Below, in pieces: positions 20,576 to 30,767 of a stretch of DNA of 64,000 nucleotides (positions are counted from its first letter, which is position 1; each line of letters opens with the position of its first letter). Location of the stretch: the NCBI RefSeq assembly GCF_024298765.1, contig NZ_CP101210.1, one strand, 5' to 3'. Made by a program: the position numbers and the translations under genes. Source of the DNA: Escherichia coli (GTDB lineage Bacteria > Pseudomonadota > Gammaproteobacteria > Enterobacterales > Enterobacteriaceae). The notes under the pieces are model-generated. The model made no database searches. It worked only from the letters and a program-made list of their open reading frames with translations, and was not told the DNA's origin.

Positions 20576-21190
20576 GTGAAACGCTGGGAAAAGTTTGCTT
20601 CATGACGGGTATTTCACCCCTGTTAAGAGAATTACTAATTGCAATTAACCAACTTCCACCGTCGCAAAGTACCACAGATAAACAACAGTTACGTTTTTCA
20701 GCCCTCGAGACACTGATACTTCAGGAAATAAAAATGGGGGTGAAAATGTCACTTGAACTCCCTTGGCCAAATGATGAGCGGCTACAGCAGCTTTGTGAGA
20801 ATTTGCTAAACAACCAAGGGTATCTGCCAACACTGGATAATCTAGCGGATAAAATTAACGTCAGTAGCCGTACACTCATGCGCTTATTTGTTAAAGAGAC
20901 GGGATTAACATTTCGCCACTGGGTTCAGCAAATGCACGTTATTTCTGCAGTGACGCTTCTTGATGATGGATATTCGTTGACCAAAATTGCCCATCGTCTG
21001 GGCTATGCCTCAGCTGAATCGTTCGGCAATATGTTTAAGCGTCGAACGGGCTACTCGCCCGGTAAATTTACTCGTCGATTAACGATGCATGATTATGCAA
21101 TCACAAGGCAAATGATTTAACTTATATTTTCGTGAAATCTGTCACTGAAGAAAATTGGCAACGGATGGGTAAAACCGTTATAACACTGTC

Positions 21191-21285
21191 ACCGGTCACC
21201 AGGACCCCAGGCCGGATTTAAGACGAGGATGCACTGCTGTGTGTACTGTAGAGTCTGGCGGATGTCGACAGGCTCTATTTTTTTA
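21191..21285 (+). ncRNA. mcaS: McaS (IsrA) sRNA, CsrA-binding regulator of motility and biofilm
   Basis: ACCGGTCACCAGGACCCCAGGCCGGATTTAAGACGAGGATGCACTGCTGTGTGTACTGTAGAGTCTGGCGGATGTCGACAGGCTCTATTTTTTT matches remembered McaS core with GGA motifs and intrinsic terminator; from memory, so the 5' boundary is approximate. Confidence 0.65.
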
Positions 21286-21663
21286 TTCATTTTTTAGCTC
21301 TGTAAATAACCACATTCTCGCCGGGATTGGGGAATGAGTGACGAGATCAGTGGTGTCTGGCGGCTATCACGCCACAGAATCAAATAACAGATAGCCTACG
21401 GTAAAATTTCGCTGACTGGAATTATCCCACCCTCGATCCATGTGATGGCTTGCCCTCATTTCTTCAGGCAGAAAAATCAAAAAATCGCTTTATGCTATCA
21501 GACTGCGACAAACCAGACGCGAAACTGGGTACTTACTATTCGTTAGTCTTGCCCTATCCGCTTATCTTTTTGGTGGTATGGCTGCTGATGTTGCTGGCGT
21601 GGTATCTTGTTGGTCTGCCGATAGGTCCGGGGATTTACCCACGTTTGTCTTAAGAGAGAACGG

Positions 21664-22179
21664 ATGCTGAGATTACTTGAAGAAAAAATTGCCACGCCAC
21701 TGGGTCCACTATGGGTGATTTGCGATGAGCAATTTCGCCTGCGGGCGGTTGAATGGGAAGAGTACAGCGAACGCATGGTGCAGCTGCTGGACATCCATTA
21801 TCGCAAAGAAGGCTATGAGCGCATTTCTGCCGCCAACCCAGGTGGTTTAAGCGACAAGCTTCGTGAATATTTTGCCGGTAATCTTAGCATTATTGATACG
21901 CTTCCCACTGCCACGGGGGGGACGCCATTTCAGCGCGAAGTCTGGAAAACACTGCGCACCATCCCCTGCGGGCAGGTAATGCATTATGGCCAACTGGCTG
22001 AACAATTAGGCCGCCCTGGCGCAGCGCGTGCCGTAGGTGCGGCAAATGGATCGAATCCCATCAGCATCGTCGTACCTTGCCATCGGGTTATTGGCCGAAA
22101 CGGCACCATGACCGGATATGCAGGCGGAGTTCAGCGAAAAGAGTGGTTATTGCGCCACGAAGGTTATCTTTTGCTGTAA
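21664..22179 (+). CDS. ogt: O6-alkylguanine-DNA alkyltransferase
   Basis: 171-aa ORF; active-site motif PCHRV. Confidence 0.95.
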   Translation: MLRLLEEKIATPLGPLWVICDEQFRLRAVEWEEYSERMVQLLDIHYRKEGYERISAANPGGLSDKLREYFAGNLSIIDTLPTATGGTPFQREVWKTLRTIPCGQVMHYGQLAEQLGRPGAARAVGAANGSNPISIVVPCHRVIGRNGTMTGYAGGVQRKEWLLRHEGYLLL

Positions 22180-22340
22180 ACATTAAACAATTTGTGCCAG
22201 CTTGTTCACACTTTTATATAAAGTTACCCTTAACAACTTAAGGGTTTTCAAATAGATAGACATATATTTACATCTAATATCGGAATTCTCTGCTGTTAAG
22301 GTTTGCTTAGACTTACTTGCTCCCTAAAAAGATGTTAAAA

Positions 22341-22354
22341 TTGACAAATATCAA
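22341..22354 (+). promoter_or_regulatory. FNR box at the fnr promoter (autoregulation)
   Basis: TTGACaaatATCAA, near-perfect FNR consensus, about 20 bp upstream of the fnr start codon. Confidence 0.75.
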
Positions 22355-22373
22355 TTACGGCTTGAGCAGACCT

Positions 22374-23126
22374 ATGATCCCGGAAAAGCGAATTATACGG
22401 CGCATTCAGTCTGGCGGTTGTGCTATCCATTGCCAGGATTGCAGCATCAGCCAGCTTTGCATCCCGTTCACACTCAACGAACATGAGCTTGATCAGCTTG
22501 ATAATATCATTGAGCGGAAGAAGCCTATTCAGAAAGGCCAGACGCTGTTTAAGGCTGGTGATGAACTTAAATCGCTTTATGCCATCCGCTCCGGTACGAT
22601 TAAAAGTTATACCATCACTGAGCAAGGCGACGAGCAAATCACTGGTTTCCATTTAGCAGGCGACCTGGTGGGATTTGACGCCATCGGCAGCGGCCATCAC
22701 CCGAGCTTCGCGCAGGCGCTGGAAACCTCGATGGTATGTGAAATCCCGTTCGAAACGCTGGACGATTTGTCCGGTAAAATGCCGAATCTGCGTCAGCAGA
22801 TGATGCGTCTGATGAGCGGTGAAATCAAAGGCGATCAGGACATGATCCTGCTGTTGTCGAAGAAAAATGCCGAGGAACGTCTGGCTGCATTCATCTACAA
22901 CCTGTCCCGTCGTTTTGCCCAACGCGGCTTCTCCCCTCGTGAATTCCGCCTGACGATGACTCGTGGCGATATTGGTAACTATCTGGGCCTGACGGTAGAA
23001 ACCATCAGCCGTCTGCTGGGTCGCTTCCAGAAAAGCGGTATGCTGGCAGTCAAAGGTAAATACATCACCATCGAAAATAACGATGCGCTGGCCCAGCTTG
23101 CTGGTCATACGCGTAACGTTGCCTGA
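22374..23126 (+). CDS. fnr: Anaerobic global regulator FNR (CRP/FNR family)
   Basis: ORF 22317..23126; start preferred at [29 protein letters not shown] (250 aa); N-terminal Cys cluster and C-terminal HTH. Confidence 0.96.
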
Positions 23127-23277
23127 TTTTTCCGCATAACTCACTATCCTTCTGTCATATCATTAAATTTTTCTGATTTATTGATCTGGCAGAAGGTTCA
23201 TCACTGTTTCATTCACCAGATATGGGTTAATCTTTTAATTACAAACTGCGTTGACAGTTGTTGTAAGGAGACCCTGT

Positions 23278-24228
23278 ATGGCTATGTATCAGAACATGCT
23301 CGTTGTTATCGATCCTAACCAGGACGACCAACCAGCATTGCGGCGAGCTGTTTATTTACATCAACGGATTGGTGGCAAAATTAAAGCCTTTTTGCCGATC
23401 TATGACTTCTCATACGAAATGACCACCCTGCTCTCTCCGGACGAACGTACCGCTATGCGTCAGGGCGTCATCAGCCAGCGTACAGCCTGGATCCACGAGC
23501 AGGCAAAATATTATCTCAATGCTGGCGTTCCCATTGAAATTAAAGTGGTCTGGCATAACCGTCCTTTCGAAGCCATCATTCAGGAAGTGATCAGCGGCGG
23601 GCACGATTTGGTGCTAAAAATGGCGCACCAACATGACCGTCTGGAAGCGGTGATTTTTACGCCAACGGACTGGCATCTGTTACGCAAATGCCCAAGCCCG
23701 GTGTGGATGGTGAAAGACCAGCCGTGGCCGGAAGGGGGTAAGGCGCTGGTGGCGGTGAATCTCGCCAGTGAAGAGCCGTATCATAATGCGCTCAATGAAA
23801 AACTGGTCAAAGAGACGATCGAACTGGCGGAACAAGTCAACCATACCGAAGTTCATCTGGTTGGCGCTTATCCGGTAACGCCAATTAATATCGCGATTGA
23901 ACTGCCGGAATTTGATCCGAGCGTTTATAACGATGCCATTCGTGGGCAACATTTGCTGGCAATGAAAGCCCTGCGGCAGAAATTCGGCATTAATGAAAAC
24001 ATGACGCACGTAGAAAAAGGTCTGCCAGAAGAGGTGATTCCTGATTTGGCGGAGCATTTACAGGCGGGGATTGTGGTTCTGGGCACGGTCGGACGCACCG
24101 GTATTTCAGCGGCATTCCTCGGCAACACGGCGGAACAGGTGATTGATCATCTTCGCTGCGACCTGCTGGTCATTAAACCTGACCAGTATCAGACACCCGT
24201 TGAACTGGATGACGAAGAAGACGATTAA
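23278..24228 (+). CDS. uspE: Universal stress protein E (tandem Usp domains)
   Basis: ORF 23251..24228; start preferred at [13 protein letters not shown] (316 aa). Confidence 0.93.
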   Translation: MAMYQNMLVVIDPNQDDQPALRRAVYLHQRIGGKIKAFLPIYDFSYEMTTLLSPDERTAMRQGVISQRTAWIHEQAKYYLNAGVPIEIKVVWHNRPFEAIIQEVISGGHDLVLKMAHQHDRLEAVIFTPTDWHLLRKCPSPVWMVKDQPWPEGGKALVAVNLASEEPYHNALNEKLVKETIELAEQVNHTEVHLVGAYPVTPINIAIELPEFDPSVYNDAIRGQHLLAMKALRQKFGINENMTHVEKGLPEEVIPDLAEHLQAGIVVLGTVGRTGISAAFLGNTAEQVIDHLRCDLLVIKPDQYQTPVELDDEEDD

Positions 24229-24277
24229 CGACTCTTCAATAACTGACAAGGCCCGAGTTATCGGGCCTATTTTTTAC

Positions 24278-24535
24278 TTACTGCTCTTCGCCGCCAAGAA
24301 AATAAATTCCCAACGGGATTGCCAGCAACACAGTAAAGACCAGGCTATAAACAAAAATCATCGATGACTGAATCACATACATTGATGTCGTCCACTCAGA
24401 CAGCGGAATATTGTACTGTTCTATAACGCCGCCGATGGTCGCGCGAGTCACAACCGACGCCGCAATAATGAAAACCGCCAACAAACCAAAGAGAAATTTC
24501 TTCCCTTTCGCTGACTTCAGTTTCGCCATAATCAT
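24278..24535 (-). CDS. ynaJ: Small inner-membrane protein YnaJ
   Basis: 85-aa ORF with two predicted TM helices; synteny. Confidence 0.85.
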   Translation of the reverse strand: MIMAKLKSAKGKKFLFGLLAVFIIAASVVTRATIGGVIEQYNIPLSEWTTSMYVIQSSMIFVYSLVFTVLLAIPLGIYFLGGEEQ

Positions 24536-24778
24536 GATGTAATCCTTGTGCAGACAAATTTCTTGTTACCTAAACGTAACAATACCATGACATTTCACCG
24601 TTGTCTGCTCTGAAAACCTCACCTCTTAGCTGGATTTACAATCAACGCATTGATTAGTTAGCTAATGTTGCTACTTCCTTCCCTGACTATTGATGATCTG
24701 AATGAATTGTCGCGGTAAAATAGCCCCGCCAGGGGTTTCCGGCATGACGACAATTATCTGGAGGAGCCTGATAAAACA

Positions 24779-25810
24779 ATGATCGCTGAACTGTTTACAA
24801 ATAATGCGCTAAATCTGGTCATTATTTTCGGTAGCTGCGCAGCATTGATTCTGATGAGCTTTTGGTTTCGCCGCGGAAATCGTAAAAGAAAAGGTTTTTT
24901 ATTCCATGCGGTGCAATTTTTAATCTACACCATAATTATCAGTGCTGTTGGTAGCATCATTAATTATGTTATAGAAAACTATAAACTCAAATTTATCACC
25001 CCAGGCGTTATCGATTTTATCTGTACGTCCCTGATTGCGGCTATTCTGACGATTAAGCTATTTCTGCTGATTAATCAGTTTGAAAAACAGCAGATTAAAA
25101 AAGGTCGCGATATCACCAGTGCGCGGATTATGTCGCGTATCATCAAAATCACCATTATTGTGGTGCTTGTTCTGCTTTATGGCGAACATTTCGGCATGAG
25201 CCTTTCTGGCTTGTTGACCTTTGGTGGTATTGGTGGTCTGGCTGTCGGTATGGCCGGTAAAGATATTCTGAGTAACTTCTTTTCCGGGATTATGCTCTAT
25301 TTCGACCGTCCTTTTAGTATTGGCGACTGGATCCGTTCACCGGACAGAAATATCGAAGGTACAGTAGCGGAAATTGGCTGGCGAATTACCAAAATTACGA
25401 CCTTTGATAATCGTCCGTTGTACGTACCGAACTCGCTGTTTTCGTCAATCAGCGTAGAAAACCCAGGACGAATGACCAACCGGCGCATTACCACGACCAT
25501 TGGTTTACGTTATGAGGATGCGGCAAAAGTGGGCGTTATTGTCGAAGCCGTACGTGAGATGCTGAAAAATCACCCGGCCATCGACCAGCGACAAACCTTA
25601 CTGGTTTATTTCAACCAGTTTGCTGACTCTTCATTGAATATTATGGTTTATTGCTTTACCAAAACCACGGTATGGGCTGAATGGCTTGCTGCACAGCAAG
25701 ACGTTTATTTGAAGATTATCGATATTGTACAGTCACACGGCGCGGACTTTGCCTTCCCCAGCCAGACGCTGTATATGGATAACATTACACCGCCGGACCA
25801 GGGTCGCTAA
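24779..25810 (+). CDS. ynaI: MscS-family low-conductance mechanosensitive channel YnaI
   Basis: 343-aa ORF; N-terminal TM helices followed by an MscS-type domain. Confidence 0.92.
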   Translation: MIAELFTNNALNLVIIFGSCAALILMSFWFRRGNRKRKGFLFHAVQFLIYTIIISAVGSIINYVIENYKLKFITPGVIDFICTSLIAAILTIKLFLLINQFEKQQIKKGRDITSARIMSRIIKITIIVVLVLLYGEHFGMSLSGLLTFGGIGGLAVGMAGKDILSNFFSGIMLYFDRPFSIGDWIRSPDRNIEGTVAEIGWRITKITTFDNRPLYVPNSLFSSISVENPGRMTNRRITTTIGLRYEDAAKVGVIVEAVREMLKNHPAIDQRQTLLVYFNQFADSSLNIMVYCFTKTTVWAEWLAAQQDVYLKIIDIVQSHGADFAFPSQTLYMDNITPPDQGR

Positions 25811-25860
25811 ATCAGACATCACTGGCGTTATCCACAAGGGTAACGCCAGTTCCCATCACA

Positions 25861-27474
25861 TCAATGCTTCACAATATACATAGTCCGACTGTACGCCACA
25901 TCTTCCGGGTTATTAATGGGATAACCTTTCAGCCACGGCTTGATTAATCGTCCATTGGTATATTGATAAATTGGTGCAATCGGTGCTTGCTCCATGAGGA
26001 TTTTTTCTGCCGCATTGTAATCGGCATTACGCGCTTTAACGGTATTTTCCGTTGATGCCTGGGCCAGTACTTTGTCGTATGCCGGATTGTTAAAGCGTGA
26101 AATATTTCCTGAATGCGTTGACGTTAATAATGTCAGGAAAGTGGAGGGTTCATTATAATCCCCTACCCACGAGGCTCGGATAACATCAAAATTGCCGGTG
26201 TTACGGCTATCGATATAGGTTTTCCATTCCTGATTTTGCAATTTAACATCTAAGCCAAGGTTCTTTTTCCACATTGATGCTACAGCAATCGCAATTTTTT
26301 GATGGTTTTCTGAAGTGTTATACAAAAGCGTCAGCTTCAGCGGTTTTTGCGGACCATAACCAGCTGCGCTCAACAAAGTTTTTGCCTGCGCATTCAGTTC
26401 TTCCTGACTCATTTGTTCAAACGGCGAAGGTTCCGGCGTAAATCCTGCAGTAACATCTGGTGTAAAATGCCACGCTGGCTTTTCGCCCGTTCCCAACACT
26501 TTTTCGGTCATCAGGCGGCGATCTATCGTCATACTTAATGCCAGGCGAACACGCTGATCGGCCGTCGGCCCTTTTTGCGTGTTAAACGCATAATAATAGG
26601 TCCCGAGCTGTGGCGGCGTATAAACCTGCCCCGGAATATCCTTCAACAGCTTCTGATACATATTTTTCGGGAAGGATTCGGTGATATCAATATCCCCCGC
26701 GAGATAACGCTTAGTGGCTGCGGATTCCTGATTAATTGGCAGGAAGGTCACTTTTTGCAGCACCGTTTTGGCGTTATCCCAATAATGGGTATTCGGTACC
26801 ACGACCAGTTTTTCATTGACTACGCGCTCTTTAAGAACATAAGCGCCATTACCGATCAGATTTCCGGGTTTCGTCCACTCTTTACTGCTTTCTACGTTGG
26901 CTTTTTGCACCGGGAAGAAGGCAAAGTTAGCGGTTAAATTCACAAACCACGGCAACGGTTTATCAAGCTGGATTTTCAAAGTTTGGGCATCAACTGCGGT
27001 GACGCCAAGCTGGTCAGGCGCGGCTTTACCATCAATAATCGCCTGTGCGTTGTTGATTCCCGCCAGCGCGGCAAACCATGCAAATGGCGACAATGTTTTT
27101 GGGTCCACCAGACGTTGCCAGCTGTAGACAAAATCTTGCGCCGTTACCGGTGTGCCATCCGCCCATTTTGCGTTATCGCGCAGGGTAAAAGTCCAGATAC
27201 GGTTGTCATTACTTTTCCACTGAGTCGCAACGCCGGGGACAATCTCCCCTTTCTCGTTCTGATTCACCAGTCCTTCAAACAGATCGCGAATGACCTGAAT
27301 CTCTGGCAGGCCCACGGCTTTAGCGGGATCCAGCGACGCAGGCTCATCTTTAATGTGGCGCACCAGCTCCTGCTTCTCTGCCAGTACTGTGCCGCTCGGA
27401 ACTTCAGCAGCATACGAAAGAGAAATGCTGCTGACCAACAGCGCACAACACGTGACTGAAACAGAGTGCTTCAT
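25861..27474 (-). CDS. mppA: Periplasmic murein tripeptide-binding protein MppA (oligopeptide SBP family 5)
   Basis: ORF 25861..27495; start preferred at MKHSVSVTCCALLVSSISLSYA (signal peptide), 537 aa. Confidence 0.94.
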   Translation of the reverse strand: MKHSVSVTCCALLVSSISLSYAAEVPSGTVLAEKQELVRHIKDEPASLDPAKAVGLPEIQVIRDLFEGLVNQNEKGEIVPGVATQWKSNDNRIWTFTLRDNAKWADGTPVTAQDFVYSWQRLVDPKTLSPFAWFAALAGINNAQAIIDGKAAPDQLGVTAVDAQTLKIQLDKPLPWFVNLTANFAFFPVQKANVESSKEWTKPGNLIGNGAYVLKERVVNEKLVVVPNTHYWDNAKTVLQKVTFLPINQESAATKRYLAGDIDITESFPKNMYQKLLKDIPGQVYTPPQLGTYYYAFNTQKGPTADQRVRLALSMTIDRRLMTEKVLGTGEKPAWHFTPDVTAGFTPEPSPFEQMSQEELNAQAKTLLSAAGYGPQKPLKLTLLYNTSENHQKIAIAVASMWKKNLGLDVKLQNQEWKTYIDSRNTGNFDVIRASWVGDYNEPSTFLTLLTSTHSGNISRFNNPAYDKVLAQASTENTVKARNADYNAAEKILMEQAPIAPIYQYTNGRLIKPWLKGYPINNPEDVAYSRTMYIVKH

Positions 27475-27532
27475 AAGTTTCCCTCTAACCGACATTAAAA
27501 TTGATGCGTAATTATTTGTTTCGCCTTAAAGA

Positions 27533-27562
27533 AATGCAAACAACTTCCATCAAAAAAGTGAC
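27533..27562. promoter_or_regulatory. Copy A of a conserved 30-nt motif (AAATGCAAACAACTTCCATCAAAAAAGTGA) upstream of mppA
   Basis: Near-identical copy at 30643..30672 upstream of mpaA (28 of 30 positions); function unknown. Confidence 0.5.
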
Positions 27563-27810
27563 AAAGGAAGCATCAAATGTTTTAAGTATCAATATATCAA
27601 ATCAGATTTAGTGTAAATAATAGTCTCCAAAATGCGGTAAAGCACATAGAACTCCGAACACTACGTTCGGGCTTCGCACGTTCAAACCCGTTTTCGGTAT
27701 CATAATCAGCATCTGTCGCCATTGTACGAAGAATAAAAAATAACCAAAACGTTGAAAGGAACTGAGAATACGTTAAGAGAAAAATTAAATTAATGTATCA
27801 GCAAGTAGTG

Positions 27811-28710
27811 CTAAACAGCACCTTTATACTTCAGCCTATCTATAAATAATGAGAATGCCGAGCCAGCATGTCGACGGTGTGGATAGTACAGGTGATAACC
27901 GGGTAAATCTGGTGTGAATTTATCCAAAACACGTATCAGTTTTTTTTCTTTAATAGCCCGCTCAACCTGATCATAAGGTAGATACGCCAATCCATGCCCA
28001 TCAATTGCAGCATCAATGATCAGGTCTATCGTATTCAGTAAAAGCTGACCTTCCATGCGAACACGAACTTCACGTCCACCGCGTATTAATCTCCAGCGAT
28101 TTGCTGTACCCGATGTGGGAAGATACAAATTAATTGCCTGATGATCTATTAATTGTGACACTGAGGTTGGAGCACTTCGACGAGAAAAATAATCCGGTGA
28201 GCCAACAATAGCCATTGGTATATCTGGCCCGATTCGAATGGCGATCATATCTTTATCCATCTCCCCACCCAGACGGACGCCTGCATCAAAACGTTCAGAA
28301 ACGACATCGGTCAAACCATAATCAATGGTAAGCTGGATATCAATTTCAGGATGCGATTTCAGGAATGTGCGCATAGCTGGTAACAATATCGTTTTTGCTG
28401 CATGTTCTACAGTAGTAATACGTATTGTCCCGGATGGGCGGTTCTGCAGATCGCTCAGGGATGTCAGGGCAGAATCTATGTCATGCAACATAGGGCCAAG
28501 AACAGACAAAAGATGCTCGCCCGCTTCAGTGGGTACAACGCTGCGCGTGGTTCGTGTCAGAAGCCGCAATCCCAATCGTTCTTCTATACGGCGCACTATC
28601 TGGCTTAAAGCTGACTGCGCCATGCTCAGGCGGGCTGCTGCGCGAGTGAAGCTACGCTCCTCTGCAACGACGACAAACGCCATCAGATCAGCGATTTCTT
28701 CACGCTTCAT
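27811..28710 (-). CDS. pgrR: LysR-family regulator PgrR (YcjZ)
   Basis: 299-aa ORF; N-terminal LysR HTH (FTRAAARLSMAQSALSQ); divergent from ycjY. Confidence 0.92.
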   Translation of the reverse strand: MKREEIADLMAFVVVAEERSFTRAAARLSMAQSALSQIVRRIEERLGLRLLTRTTRSVVPTEAGEHLLSVLGPMLHDIDSALTSLSDLQNRPSGTIRITTVEHAAKTILLPAMRTFLKSHPEIDIQLTIDYGLTDVVSERFDAGVRLGGEMDKDMIAIRIGPDIPMAIVGSPDYFSRRSAPTSVSQLIDHQAINLYLPTSGTANRWRLIRGGREVRVRMEGQLLLNTIDLIIDAAIDGHGLAYLPYDQVERAIKEKKLIRVLDKFTPDLPGYHLYYPHRRHAGSAFSLFIDRLKYKGAV

Positions 28711-28847
28711 TCAGTATCTCCATACAATCTATTAATCATTTAAATGATAGGTCTAATCATGATTTTGGGTCTAATCAACTTAATGATCAATATCTATAGT
28801 GATATCACCAACCGTCAAAACGAACCGACAACTCCATGAGGAACGGA

Positions 28848-29768
28848 ATGATGAATAATAAAGTCAGCTTCACTAACAGCAATAATCCAACCATCTCTTT
28901 GTCTGCAGTGATCTATTTCCCTCCAAAATTTGATGAAACCCGTCAGTATCCGGCAATTGTGGTATCTCACCCAGGTGGGGGCGTTAAAGAGCAAACGGCT
29001 GGAACCTATGCCGAAAAACTGGCGGAAAAGGGATTTGTCACTATTGCTTATGACGCATCTTATCAAGGTGAAAGCGGCGGCGAGCCGCGTCAGTTAGAAA
29101 ACCCATACATTCGTACTGAAGACGTCAGTGCCGTGATTGATTACCTGACAACGCTTTCTTATGTCGACAATAGCCGAATTGGTGCGATGGGAATTTGTGC
29201 CGGTGCAGGATATACAGCCAATGCTGCAATTCAGGATCGCCGCATCAAGGCCATCGGTACTGTTAGTGCGGTCAATATTGGTTCGATGTTCCGTAATGGT
29301 TGGGAAAACAATGTGAAATCTATAGATGCCCTACCATACGTTGACGCGGGTTCAAACGCCCGAACCAGCGATATTAGCAGCAGAGAATACGCCACTATGC
29401 CACTGGCACCAATGAAGGAGTCCGATGCGCCGAACGAAGAACTGCGTCAGGCCTGGGAGTATTACCATACCCCTCGCGCGCAGTATCCAACAGCACCGGG
29501 TTACGCTACTTTGCGCAGCCTTAACCAGATTATTACCTATGATGCTTACCATATGGCGGAAGTGTACCTGACTCAGCCGATACAGATTGTGGCGGGCAGC
29601 CAGGCAGGGAGCAAATGGATGAGTGACGACCTGTACGATCGAGCATCAAGCCAGGATAAACGCTATCACATTGTTGAAGGCGCAAACCATATGGATCTTT
29701 ATGACGGCAAAGTCTATGTGGCTGAAGCAATTTCAGTATTAGCTCCGTTCTTTGAGGAAACTCTGTAA
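28848..29768 (+). CDS. ycjY: Alpha/beta hydrolase (dienelactone hydrolase-like) YcjY
   Basis: ORF 28836..29768; start at ATG 28848 preferred on RBS spacing; start uncertain by 4 codons. Confidence 0.88.
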   Translation: MMNNKVSFTNSNNPTISLSAVIYFPPKFDETRQYPAIVVSHPGGGVKEQTAGTYAEKLAEKGFVTIAYDASYQGESGGEPRQLENPYIRTEDVSAVIDYLTTLSYVDNSRIGAMGICAGAGYTANAAIQDRRIKAIGTVSAVNIGSMFRNGWENNVKSIDALPYVDAGSNARTSDISSREYATMPLAPMKESDAPNEELRQAWEYYHTPRAQYPTAPGYATLRSLNQIITYDAYHMAEVYLTQPIQIVAGSQAGSKWMSDDLYDRASSQDKRYHIVEGANHMDLYDGKVYVAEAISVLAPFFEETL

Positions 29769-29838
29769 TGAAACATATTCAAATCCGTAATAGTGATATG
29801 GCCTGGCATATTGCTGCCAATAATCTGGGAAAAGTTTC

Positions 29839-30477
29839 ATGAAAAATGTACTGATTCTTGGTGCTGGCGGTCAGATAGCCCGCCATGTGATTAATCAACT
29901 GGCAGATAAACAAACCATTAAACAAACTTTATTTGCCCGTCAGCCAGCAAAAATCCACAAACCCTATCCCACTAATAGCAAGATTATTATGGGGGATGTA
30001 CTGAATCATGCAGCACTGAAGCAGGCCATGCAGGGACAGGATGTTGTGTATGCCAACCTTACGGGGGAAGATTTAGATATTCAGGCAAATTCAGTGATCG
30101 CTGCGATGAAAGCCGGTGATGTTAAACGTCTGATCTTTGTTCTTTCCCTCGGTATTTATGATGAAGTTCCAGGAAAATTTGGCGAATGGAATAATGCAGT
30201 TATTGGTGAACCCCTAAAACCATTCCGCAGGGCTGCAGATGCAATTGAGGCTTCTGGACTGGAATATACAATTCTTCGCCCTGCCTGGCTGACTGATGAA
30301 GATATTATTGATTATGAGCTTACCTCACGCAATGAACCATTCAAAGGTACGATCGTATCACGTAAGAGTGTCGCAGCATTAATTACAGATATCATCGATA
30401 AACCTGAGAAACACATTGGTGAGAATATAGGAATCAATCAACCCGGGACTGATGGCGATAAGCCATTCTTCATGTAA
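29839..30477 (+). CDS. NAD(P)-binding Rossmann-fold protein (NmrA/atypical SDR-like); intact form of the locus remembered as ymjC/ymjD fragments in K-12
   Basis: 212-aa ORF; N-terminal dinucleotide-binding motif LILGAGGQIA. Confidence 0.8.
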   Translation: MKNVLILGAGGQIARHVINQLADKQTIKQTLFARQPAKIHKPYPTNSKIIMGDVLNHAALKQAMQGQDVVYANLTGEDLDIQANSVIAAMKAGDVKRLIFVLSLGIYDEVPGKFGEWNNAVIGEPLKPFRRAADAIEASGLEYTILRPAWLTDEDIIDYELTSRNEPFKGTIVSRKSVAALITDIIDKPEKHIGENIGINQPGTDGDKPFFM

Positions 30478-30642
30478 ATCAATTATATAGCTACCATCGT
30501 ACTGTACTATGTGCAGTACGATTTATTAAACTTATTAAGGTGAACTGATCAATCAGATGCGATTAACATGTGTAGAACCAGTAAGAATAAAATACGCCAT
30601 GTATATAACATTACGACAATTCTAATATCTGCACATCAATGA

Positions 30643-30672
30643 AAATGCAAACAACTTCCGGCAAAAAAGTGA
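30643..30672. promoter_or_regulatory. Copy B of the conserved 30-nt motif (AAATGCAAACAACTTCCGGCAAAAAAGTGA) upstream of mpaA
   Basis: See copy A. Confidence 0.5.
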
Positions 30673-30767
30673 TACAAGATCGATAACATAGCGTTGAAGA
30701 AAAGGATTTGATAATCCGCAAAATTTGCACAACACTGCCTGTAATACTTCCTGAACCAGAGACGATC

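Larger units (their letters stand above)
19239..21120 (+). pseudogene. AraC/XylS-family regulator gene disrupted by an IS903-like insertion
   Basis: N-terminal cupin-like part (19239..19509) and C-terminal AraC HTH part (to 21120) are in frame once the IS and one copy of the 9-bp duplication are removed; reconstructed junction reads ...VLVSEAE-SETLGKVCF-MTGISPLL..., about 271 aa. Confidence 0.85.
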
